DNA of 64,000 nt from Raillietiella orientalis (Eukaryota). The notes below the pieces were generated by a model. It did no database searches. It was not told where the DNA came from and saw nothing but the letters and a program-made list of their open reading frames with translations. This document shows positions 1 to 10,700 of the stretch, piece by piece. The position numbers and the translations under genes are program-made. Position 1 is the stretch's first letter. The number at the start of each line of letters is the position of its first letter. The stretch covers positions 2,790,001-2,854,000 of the forward strand of contig JAYWIR010000015.1 of the NCBI GenBank assembly GCA_036172245.1, given 5' to 3'.

Positions 1-2966
1 TTCCTTCCTACTTTCCTATTCATCTCGTTTCCTTCCCCCCTCAGTTCCTTTCCTTCTTTCTGGAGACACCGCCACCTTCCTCCTGCCGTCTGAGCAGGAC
101 TCCGAAGAACCGAAAGAGGACAATGGTCGAAGTGGCGGGAGCGCGAGCAGCGCTCGGCGAGCGCAAACCATGGCGACTCGCACCCTATCCAAGGAACGCC
201 CGGAGCGGAAGGAGGGCGAGAGCGCACTCCCCCGCGCGATCCCCCGGGAAATCCAGCTACCATCGCTTCTCTAGGAAACGGGAGCAAGCGGCGGCTCCTG
301 GGCGTCCCCCTGCCACCACATGTGCACGCACCCCCACACCTCGTTTTTTCCAATTGACTTTCCTTCCTTGGGCGACCGGTGAGGTCAGCGCCCCATGGAG
401 GCAAGCGTTTCGGGATTCGCTTCTCCGAGGAGGAAAAGGGCAAGGGGCCTGACATCCTGACCCGAGGTCTTCCCCCGCTCTCTCCGATTCTCCCTCGGCT
501 ACCCCTGCTCGAAATCCAGGTCGCAGGAAGCGTCATCCCGCGTCCGATCCGTGAGAAAACGGGATGCTCCCGTTCGTTGAACCTCAGACCCCGAGGCAGT
601 TTTTTTTTTTTTCTCCCAGGGATCCGGTTCCCGGCTACATCCCTTTCTCCACTGGAGAGACGGCGGACTTCAGGATGCAGGAACTCTGCCGCCACTGATC
701 GGTAAGCTCTGGATGGATGGGAATAGCAGGAAAAGGTCGAGACGAGGGGAACGAGGGAGTTATAGGGAAGGGTGAAGTGCCGAGAAGGGGAGGAGGCATC
801 CCACCTCGACAGGACGAAGGGAGAGCCGGGAAGACCATCCTGCGCCTCCTTTCCCCTCGCCCCTCCCTGCTTCCCACGCTGCAGCGAAGCGCCCCATCCA
901 AGCGGGTCTCCGCGGTGTTCGTGACGACGGGGGAAGATCCTTTTTAGGCTGGCAAGGTTTCGTCGATTGCCGGTGGTCCCCTGGAACCAGCCCTCCTTTT
1001 GTTCCTCTCCGCCGCCTCCATGGAAACAGCAATCTTCGAGGGGACTTCCCGAGCCCACCAGCAACGCGAGTCTTTCCCTACCAGACCCCTGTGCGCGTCG
1101 CTTAGCCATGAAAACGGCGAGTCGGGAAACAAGAAGGGGGCAGGGGGCAGGAAAGAGGAGGGCCAAGCCGAGTAGTCGCCGCCGCCTCCTCCAGCCATAC
1201 TGAAAATGAAAAACGGGAAGGAGTCGGTAGAGAGAGAGAGAGGAAAAAAAACATGGGACCAGCAAGGGAGGCGCGCGGGAGCGGGCGTCAAAGGGAAGCG
1301 CTCGGATCTTCCCAACGGGAGCGGTCGGGAGAATGATGACCTTCGTTTGTCGTCAGGTTCCGTTGCTGCCGCCCTCCCACACGCCCTGCTCTCGGTGGCC
1401 GTCTCCTCGCAGCACGCAGAGCGCACCCGCCACTCCTCCACCCTCGACTCCCCTTTCCCCATAGCCGCCGCCGCCGCCGCCTTGCCCCTTCCGCTCTTCG
1501 GCGGCGGCTGCATCTCCGTCGCTTAGCAACTCCTGCCGCCGCCAACGATGAGGCGCATCGACCCGTCCTCCTCCTTCTTCGTTTCCTTCCCTACAAAAAT
1601 GGGTGCGGTCCCTCGTTCGCCGCTCATCCTCCCCGGCGCTGTTCGATCCCGCTTCGTCTCCGGAGGAGGAACAGGGAAACGAAGAGTAGAAGCGGAAGGG
1701 AGGGGACGGGAAGGAGAGGCACTTCCAGCCAGCCTGAGCTCCCATCATCCCCTCTCCCGAGACTACGCTGGAACCACGGATGAGCACAGGATACTTTCGC
1801 TTCCGGCCTCCTACAGATCAGTTCCTGGCAGTGAGGCCGTCTCCCTCCACCCTCGACCCAGAGATCCCTAAGGACGGACCTTTCCGTGCCCTCCTCCTCT
1901 CCTCAGATCCCTTCTATCGGAGAGGAAGGGAACGGCGGCGCAAGGGGCGATTGTCCAAGCGATGGAGGCTGGTTCCGGCCCCGACAGGACCCTCCCTTCA
2001 TAGACAGAGGGTTTCAGAAGATATCCCCCCCCTTCCCCTTCAATCTATAAAAGACCCCAGTAAAGGCGTTCCTCAACCTCCTCTTGGCAACTCCCTCTTA
2101 CGCGTGAGAAAGGAGAAGGGGAGTGCGGGCAGCAGGGGTTCTCTGGACGGTTCAGGAGACGCGTCCGGATGCTGCGCGATGGGAACTTCTGTGGCGAAGA
2201 GAAGGAGCAGCGGGTTCGGGGAGCTGGGGATGAGATGGAGGCAGGCGATTCCTTCACCGACTGGACGCAAGGTGGGGGGAGCGAGGATCGGATGGGAGGC
2301 CTGAGGACGGCGACGGGGGACTCCTCGAACTCTTTCCTTCCACCTTCCCCGACCACTTGCCTGCATTCCTGCCTGGGGTGCGCTCCCCTGCTACCTCCCT
2401 TTCTTCCCAGAGAGAAGCTAGAGGATAGGTGGAAGTTGCGGGAGATCACCCCTCCCCTTTTTTTCTTGCCGCCGCCGCCGTCGCCTCCGGGTGGAGGTGG
2501 GCGCCTCTTGTGCGCGTCCTCCTCCCGTTCCTCACGACGTGGAGGAGGCGGGCAAAGGGATGCTTGGTCGTCGGAAGGAGCGCGCGCGGGAGCGGCGCTT
2601 CAGCGGCGGTGGTCCGGGAACACCCGCCGCGCTCGCGAGCGCCACGTGGGCGGAGCGCATGCGCGAGCGCGTCCCAACTCCGCGCGCTGTTTCTTCTTTC
2701 TTTCTTTATTGACTCTATTTATTTATTTTATTTTTGGCTTGGCACGTGGCGCTCTGCCGACCAGGAACGGAGGCCCGTCGTTCCCGTGCCGTCTCGGACG
2801 GTCCCCCGCCGCTGCCGTTCGCTGCTGCTAGTCCCGGCGGTTGGCGTTTCGGGACCTTTCGATCCCGAGCTGGACACCGCCACAGCGGCGAAGGCGGGGG
2901 AGATGGCGGCGTCCCTCTGCTCACCCCTCTCTGCAAGTGCAGGGCCTGCTCGCTCCTCTTGACGGA

Positions 2967-4040
2967 GGGATCCATTCCGGACATCTCCACGGCGCGTCCT
3001 CACTCTCTGACGAAACTTCTGCTGCGGAGGACCCTCTTCCGTCACCACCCTCTTCGCCTGTTCGCGCCGCACGATGGCGTGCACAGGATGGAGTGCACGA
3101 GCCAGGAACACTCCTGCAAGGCGGCCATATCGTGGCTCCCTCCCCGTCGTGCCGCCGGCCACACGCGGGCGAAACCCTGACATCCGCTCGAAAGTCCCAT
3201 AGAAGCGCCTCTGCCCTTCAGTCCCCCCCTCCTCCCCCGAGAGACGGCGGAGGAGAGACGTCTCAGGAGGTACATCTCACCTCCAGCAGCGCCACAGCAT
3301 AATCATGAGGTTGGGAGGATGGGGTGAACACGTTCCCCAGCCGAGACGCGCAGGGGGAGGATCCCGTCTCGCGTCCCGGTACGAGCGGGTCCTCCCCTCC
3401 GCCCTTCCACCTTCTCTCCGCCCCGTCCATCCGGTTCCGGAGGCTTCCTCCAGCGCTTCAAAGCCGCGCGCGCTAGCCAAGAGCTCCTGCGAGAAGGGAG
3501 CGCGAGCGCGCGCACGCACGGTGGAACCTGCTCGGATCCAGAGACGGCAGCGCCACCGGCAGCAAGCAAGGGAGGGGGAGAGTTTTTTTCCCATAGCAAC
3601 GGGGAGGCATGGCTCGTGGGACCATTTTTCGAGGTCCCCGCGTGACCAGGAGGCGGCGCGACTACGCGCGCGCTGGCATCAACCATCGACACTCCTTCGA
3701 CTGCGCCCAGACGGTGCCGCTGGGTCCTTCAACACGAGCGAAAGGGTTCGTCCCTGGGCGGATGGGGGGGGAGTGCTTTGTCGGGCACTCTCGCAGCTTC
3801 CATCCCTTCCTCCTCTTCGCCCCTCGGGATCCCTCACGTGTGGCCGGCGGCACGACGGAGAGGGAGCCACGATATGGCCGCCTTGTAGGGGTGTTCCTGG
3901 AGCGTGTACTCACTTCATTCTGTGCACGCCGTCGTGCGCGCGAGCAGGCGAAGAGGGTGGTGACGGAAGAGGGTCCTCCGCAGCAGAAGTTTCGGCAGAG
4001 AGAGAGTGAGGACGCACCGTGGAGATGTCCGGAGGGTCCC
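2967..4040. repeat. Long inverted repeat: ~205-bp arms (2967-3177 and 3825-4040) around a ~650-bp spacer
   Basis: Long exact reverse-complement blocks, e.g. CGAAACTTCTGCTGCGGAGGACCCTCTTCCGTCACCACCCTCTTCGCCTG and AAGGCGGCCATATCGTGGCTCCCT. The ORF track shows the same peptide (VVTEEGPPQQKFRQR) on opposite strands. Confidence 0.9.
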
Positions 4041-5339
4041 ATGGGGAGAGAGGCGACCTTCCCTTTCCCTTCCCTTCGACGTCCTCGACTCGCCGGGAGA
4101 ATTCCAGGGACTGCTCGAACGACTCCGGACAGGGAACCGCCCGCGGCGGCGACCTCGCGAGCGACCTCTCTTCCGGACAACGATGGGCGGGGACAAGGGG
4201 CATCCTCGCGCAGTGCGCAGCCGAACGTCCCTCCGTTGTCGTCGCCTTCGAATCCAAGGTCGGCTGCGGCTGCAGGAAGTGTGAAAGAGGTTGCTTCCCG
4301 ATCCTACTCCTTTCCTGGCGCTATTTATGGAACTTCCGAGAGTGCGACAAGTGGATCACTGCCGCCGGCCTCGTGTGTCCGTTAAGCACGTGGCGCACTG
4401 GTCCGCGTGTTCGTCTGCCATGTTTCTCTCAGAGCTTCCTGCGCATCTCATCTCGGCAGCGCATCTGCTTGTTTGTTTGTTTCGTCCGTTTTCCTCCTCT
4501 TCTTCCTCCACCTTCCCTCCCCCTCCCGCCTCCTTGCAGCTCTCGCTTGCAACCGCCTCCACTCTGCGGACTCCTCGGAGAAGTCGCGGCTATTTCTGAT
4601 GACCAATCAAAACGAGGAATGCAGTCCTGGTAATGAAGCGGATCTCCGAGAGAAAGAAGAGGCACGAGGATCCGGAGGGAAAGAGAGGAGGAGGGGGAGG
4701 GAGTGAACGATGTGTCGTTGCTATGGATTTCGAGATGTGCGAAGAACTCCTCCACTGCCACTCTAGCCGAATCCTCGGGACGCGACCGATCTCGGTTCGT
4801 TCTCGGGAACCCACCGCAGCCACGGAAGGTCGCGAAAACAGAGAGCGGAAGAGGGGAGCGAAATGGGAACTGGAGCGGGATCCTCCTTGAGGACGGCCTC
4901 CGACTCGTCGTAGTCGCCGCCGCCGTAGCGTCGGCTGCTCTCGCGCCGCATTGCGACGGGGGAAGGCTGCGGAACCTTGACCAAGCTCTCCCGTTTCATT
5001 TCCCCCCTTCGCCATTCTTTGCTTTGACCTCTTCTGAGCTCTTGCAAGGGCTCGTGTCTGGGATGCTTCTCGAGGAGTAGCGGATAGACCGCAGAGATGT
5101 CGTTGCCACCGCATCCGACCCACTACCTCTCTCAGACAGGTTGCAGGACCACTAGCTGGCGATCGACACACTGAGAGGTTTTCAGACTGCTTGGGAGCTC
5201 CTGGAAGCACTTCTTTGGGCCTCCCCCTCTCAGGACTTGATGGAATAGTTGAACCCTCAAGGACATCCCGGAAGATAAGCGCAGAGGGTTGCGGCAGACC
5301 CCGAAATCCAAGGATGCGCAGAGTCGATCTCAGGCCCGC

Positions 5340-6410
5340 CCCCTACTGCCCAGGCCCCTGCGAGTTCCGCGGCAGCAGCATCAGGAGGTAGGCTCAAGTA
5401 CCACCCTCCCCCTTCCGAACTCGGATCCGGAGAAAGGACGACCGGGAGTTGAGCTTCTCCCGTAAGCTTTTCCCCAGAGAGATGGAAGGGAATTCCACTC
5501 TCGATTTCCTTCCTCCTCCGCTCCCTGAAGAGCGTCCCACCAGCGAGAGAGAAATGACCTCCAAAGGGACCTCGCTAATGGCTGCAGGGGGTTGAAGAAT
5601 CCACAGCCGGTGGAGAGGATGTTCATCTCCCTCCTGCCCCCTTTCGCTTCTGCTTTTCGGGGCATCCAGACTGATAACTTCCCTGCCTCCCTCCCTCTTT
5701 CTGCCTGCTCAATCCCGATCGAGGGCTCTCTGCTCGAAATGCCGGTCCTCTCGGCTCGTCTGCTCTCCTCCCTAGGTAGATACCCTCCATAAAACCTTTC
5801 TCGGTCCCTCCTTCCGGGTGCGTGGTCGCGCCTCCATCCCATTTGGAGAAGGGAGGTGTGAGGGAGGGGGAAGAGGGGGAGGGAGAACTTTCCTCTGTCC
5901 TCGACATCCACCGACTCTGGACTTTAGGTGAGGCGCCATGGCAACGGAAGTCCTATGTTCGCGGATGGAATTTGCGCCTGAGATCTTCCGGAGGCGATCG
6001 GTCATGGTGGTGCGATGTTGATGACGCAGCGACAACTACGTGATGGCATGCTGACCGACATGTGATGATGCTCCGAAGCCAATCATGCAGCGACTGTATT
6101 TCCATAGTGATCGCTCGAAGACGAATGTCGTGGTAGTCATTGGCCTCTGCGGACCAATGGTGGACCGGGAAGCGGCGATGACGTCATGGCTCCGAGATCG
6201 GCAGCCGCAACGGCTCAGGTAGCGGACGGTGAAACGAAACTGCTTGGCTTCCTCGCCCGATTTTGTCCCGTGCCACGCTCCTCGCCGACCTCTGACCCGC
6301 GTTCGAGAGCAAAGATCCCGTCTCTTCCTCCTCGGAAAGAAAGAAGGGATGGAGGACTTTGGACCGCAACGTGTAACCTACACCGTCGCCAACTCCGATA
6401 GAGGGTCGAG
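5340..6410 (+). pseudogene. Decayed kekkon-like LRR-Ig gene
   Basis: In order with roughly correct spacing: CPGPC, TLDF, NDLQ..GLKNPQ..MFIS, SAFRGI, LSACSI, IHRL..EAPWQ, VDD..AC*P, MSW, EDFG..YTVANS. Confidence 0.5.
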
Positions 6411-7138
6411 GCGACCCTGAACTAGGGGACAGGCTCCCGCCTTGGAAACGCGCGCGCAGATTCCCTGAGGACGCGAAAACGAGCTTTTCTTTATTCCTCT
6501 TTTTTTTTTTTTTTTCCCGCTTCTTTCTCCTCCCCACCTTCCTCCTTTTTATCTCGCTCTCCTCCCGTCCCCGCGACCGAAAGAGAACCCGAAAAGATTC
6601 CGGGAAACTGGAAACGCGCGCCACACACTCTTTTGGCAAGCAGACCGAGGTCTGTGAAACCCAAGACCGAAGTCCCTGCCGCCCGCTATTCCTTTTGCTC
6701 TTTGCCTCCCGCGAAACTTTGCGCTTTCGCCGCTGATGGGGAAAGGAAGATGCGGGAAGGGGAAACTTGCCTCCCGAGAAAAGTGAATCGGTCTGCCCAT
6801 GCAGAGCTTCCCGTGGGCCCCCCGCTGCTGTTTCGGACCTGCGAGCCCCGCTCTTCGGCTCAAGAGCCACCTTACCTCACTGCTTGCATGCTGCCGCGGA
6901 CTCCCGGTCTCAGGAGAAATCTTGTTCTTCTCCCTTCCTCCCCTCCATTCCCGAAAAGTGCCGCCGCAACAGAGCAGACGAAAGAGGCGAGCCAGACGTG
7001 GGGAAGGAAGAGGGGACTGAGGAGGGGAGGACACTTACTGATCGACCCGACCCGCCCGCCGCTTGCCGTCGTAAGTTCCGTACGATCTCAGCGCGACCCT
7101 CTCGTACGATGGGGAATTCCCGTCGTTTCCGGGAGATA

Positions 7139-8350
7139 TTCGCGAGGGAGGATCCCGAGAGGAGAGCGAGTCCCCTGGGGCTTGACAGTGGGAATCGGAT
7201 GGCGTGCTCAATTCCACATTGGCACACACAGCTCCGGCTCGATGCTGAGCCCGGAACAGGCAGGGGTCTGGTTCCTCGGAGGGCAACTTGTCCTCCTGAA
7301 GACTATGGGGCGATGTCTAAGGCGGCACTCTCCAGAACGAGTTCCTTCCTGAAAGGCGGAACTGCTTTCGACATCCACCCGCTGGAAGGCCTGGACTCTG
7401 AGCGGGCGCAACCGCGGTTCCATCCGGAAGCGAGAACGGACGATGTCATGGAGAGGAAAAATCCATCGAGATGCCGGTGCGCTCGCTCGAGTTTCTCCAA
7501 TGGCACGAGAAGATGACTCCCAGGACAAAAGTCTCAGGGTCGAAAGGGTGCCAGTGACCCCAGGTGATCCTTCGCTACGAGACGGATCCTTGAAAGAACT
7601 CCCAACACATCTGTTGCCTGCAATCACGCGGCGGAGACATCCGGGATCCATGACGTCCTCTTGGACTTCCGATCCAGGATGACCCACGATGACCAGACGA
7701 AAAGAGCCTCAAGCTCAGCCGGTGCTTCACCGACTTTTCTTCCCGTCCATCGCGAGAGCCGGAAGAGCGGAGAAGGTGCTCATTTCTAGCATCTAGAGAT
7801 GTTTTCGGAGCATCCAGGCTCTCCAGCAAGGGCACGTGGATACGGCGTCATTCTGTGGGAACTGACAATCACCGCGTGTCGCAAAGGTCGCAATCACGTT
7901 CAAGGTGAGTGGAATACGAATGAGAAGCAAGTTGGAACGCGCATGCACGCCAAGGATGCCGCAGCGCCGGTGCTCATGAATAAGTGACGAAGAGCCACGA
8001 GCTGCTGCTCGTGAAAAGACCGAATCCGGTGGGGCGGGGGGTGGGGCGAGCATTTTCTGGGCCGCCCGAAAGAGAGCCTCCAGAAAACCTTCTCTTCCTC
8101 CTTCCAAAGGGACAGAGAAAGAGAGCTTGCTCTTCCACCCCCATCCCTCTAGGTTTCCTCCCTGTGAAGCACGGGATCCCTCCACGCACAGCTCCTCTCG
8201 GCGAGGTCCCTTGAGCCCGTGCTCCTCCTGCTCACCACGACAAGTTCCACTGACGCGGAACGGGAACACCTTCCCCTGAGAGATCCCGCCGTTTCCACAA
8301 AGCCAGGGTGAAGGAGAGTCGGAGTCCTTCTGGGTGCGCTGCACTGGCGC
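7139..8350 (+). pseudogene. Heavily decayed mixed-lineage kinase (MLK/slipper-like) kinase domain
   Basis: Colinear frameshifted motifs: FAREDPE 7139 (cf. AARQDPD), GVW..EGNL ~7264, PAITRR-DI 7617, DVLLD 7652, KSLKL..TDF..SRE 7702-7757 (cf. KTLKITDFGLARE), SSKG..YGVILWEL 7821-7864 (cf. FSKGSDVWSYGVLLWEL), FK|50-nt GT-AG intron|..VLMNK 7899-7984, ESF..WR ~8322. Manual alignment only. Confidence 0.55.
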
Positions 8351-9285
8351 TGGTGACGTCATGAAAGACGGGTCAAGGGACCATTTCCGGTACACGCGTA
8401 TTGCACTGATCTGGGAGGCGAGCGCCTCTGGATCTCCAAGGGGTGCTTGGAGTCGCAGGAGGAAAACAAGAGATAGGGGAAAAGGAAAGGGAAAGGAAGG
8501 GAGGAAAAAGGAAGATGGACGAACAGGAATGCCAGAGCGGGTTGCGCCGCCGCTCTCTTGGAACCTGCCTCCCAGAAGGGACTACTCACTCATTCCTTCT
8601 TGAAGCTACAGGGAACTAGGGAAAGACAGGGAACAAAGTTCTGTCCCTTTCCAAGCCTCGTGTCCCGGCCTTTGGTCCCGACCTTCTCCCCCCTCGTGTC
8701 CCGAACTCGATGTTTGGGACTCGGTGACAGAGGCGCACGTACGGGAAGGGGTGCACCCTATATCCGCAACCTGGTCTCGGAAAGGAGGAAGGAGGAAGTG
8801 ATGTGTGGGTGATCACTGCCTCCATCCATCCCATGGGACACTGGGAGGGAGGCGAGGGAGGGAAAAGGAAGGGAGGAGGGAGGGGAAGATGATTATTTTA
8901 AGCCATCACTCCCATCCTCTTGCCAAGTCCTGGAGGCTTCGCGGATCCTACCGGGAGCCTGCCACTCCCCCATTCTTCAGCGGGGAGGTCGGGAGCGCCT
9001 TTCCTCGGTCTGTCCGCCCCCTTTGCTGGCGGAGGGATACGAGCGTCCCAACGCGTAAACACAACGGGATCTTTCGTCGCTCGGAACGTGCTGCAGCCGG
9101 GCAAGCGGCCTCCTCCTCTGCTGGAACCCATTCAACCGCCCGCTCCTCCTGCCATTACCGCGCCCATTTGTCTTCCAGACGGCGCGTTTGTTTACCCGAG
9201 TCATCATCGGATCGCGGGAAGTCGCGCCTCTGCTCTTCGTTTCCCATTCCTCCACCATTTTCTCATCCCCCCCCCCCTTCTTCCC

Positions 9286-9318
9286 TCCTTCCTTCCTTCC
9301 TTCCTTCCTCCCTTCCTT
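9286..9318. repeat. (CTTC)n simple repeat
   Basis: Directly visible within a polypyrimidine tract. Confidence 0.8.
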
Positions 9319-10089
9319 GCTGCTTCTTCTGCCGCTTTGCAACCCCCCCTCCCACCCCCACCCCCCATTCTGCACGCCACCACTCTCTTTCCCCTCCTCC
9401 GCCTCCCCTCCCGTCTGCGTCTTCCTTTAAAAAAAGAACCGGCGATCGGGAAAAGAAAAGCAGATGGCGCTTCGGCGGCTGACGTCTTTTGTCTCCTCCG
9501 AGGGGCCTCGTGCGCGAGCCAAGCTGGGAGGGAGACGCGCGCGTGCGTACAGGCTGCCGTCGAGCGAGGTCCCGCTCTCCCCCCCTCCCTCCTTCCCTCC
9601 CGAATCGTCTGAACGCTCCTTCTAGCCGAAGCTTTTCCGCCTTTTCCCTAGCATCTCCCTCTTCCCGTATTCCTCTTCCTCCCCTTTCTTCCTCTCTCCC
9701 TTCATCCCCAGTACGTAGCCATTCCCGCTCACCTCAACAGCGGAGCCTGATGTCTCCCGTCCCCACCTTTTTCTGTGCTCTATGGGGCTCCAGTTCCGTC
9801 CTTCCGCCGAAATTCCCAGTTTCTCTTTACCTCTTCTGAACTGAAGAAAGCAAAAAAGAAGGGAAAGAAGAGTGTTGAAAAAGGGGAGGATCCCTGACGT
9901 CTCCCTAGACGTTCCTGTAACCCCCCCTGCCTCTTTCTTTCCCTTCCTTGCCCCTCGGCCCCACTTCCAGCACGCGTGGAGGCACCAATGGATAAGCACG
10001 CCCATCTTTGAAAGACTCTCACAGACCGTCCCCTCCAGCATGGATTGACCTGAGTGGCTGTTTCCAGGAAGAAAAGGATGGGCAGCCGG

Positions 10090-10700
10090 TGGACGAGGGA
10101 GTCTTCCGCCATCTTGTTTTGTTTTCTCGTTCCCATGCGCAGTTGCCAGGACGGGAAGCAAGAAGCGATCGAGGTGGTGGGCGATCCCAGAGGTTTTTCT
10201 TTTTCCGCGGGATCTGCTTCCCGTTCCTGCCAAACCGTGATGTGCCCCACAAACCGAGATCTCTCTCTCTTCCCTACTTCCCTTCCCATTAAACTACCTG
10301 GTTCCTCCTTCAACGCCTGGCAGAATCAGCAGCATCTCGCTTGCGCCCCGGAACTCCGGGAGCGACGCCTATTGGGATGCGCACCTCCTCCCTGGCTTGG
10401 GAAGGTAAGTGGGAGGGAGAAGGAAGGAGGTGTGAAGGTGCAAACCGATCTCTTTCCGAGTCCTCAAAGGAGGAGCGAATTGGGGGAGGGGGGGGAAGAG
10501 ACCGGGGGATTCGCCTTGAGGAATGCTGCCGTCGCCACCTTCCCCCAAGCGCCTTCCCATCACCTCCTTCAGCTCCCAGGGAGATACCAAATACCAGAAA
10601 GACACCGCCCGTAAGCGTGGACCTATCGTGGATTCTGGTTCCCTTCCCTAAAACTTTTCCCCTCGTAGTCTGCTTTTCAGTGAGTTGCCCATGTTGATCG
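10090..10700 (+). pseudogene. Decayed kekkon-like LRR gene (N-terminal part)
   Basis: Signal-like AILFCFLVP, then GKQ, QTVMCPTNRDLSLFPTSLP (LRRNT), FNAWQNQQHL, SAFPSPPS.REI and VSVDLSW. Confidence 0.35.

Noticed and set aside
3007..3050. Hammerhead ribozyme core (CTGACGA..) in the inverted-repeat arm
   Set aside because: No stem II followed by GAAA and no cleavage triplet in the right geometry; the other arm reads CTGCCGA. Similar partial cores near 22902, 23008, 23757 and 34390 also fail.
6350..6420. GLWTATCN-YTVANSD as the start of an MLK SH3 domain
   Set aside because: The same bases fit the end of the upstream Ig domain (EDFG..YTVANS) equally well, and the rest of the SH3 was not found.
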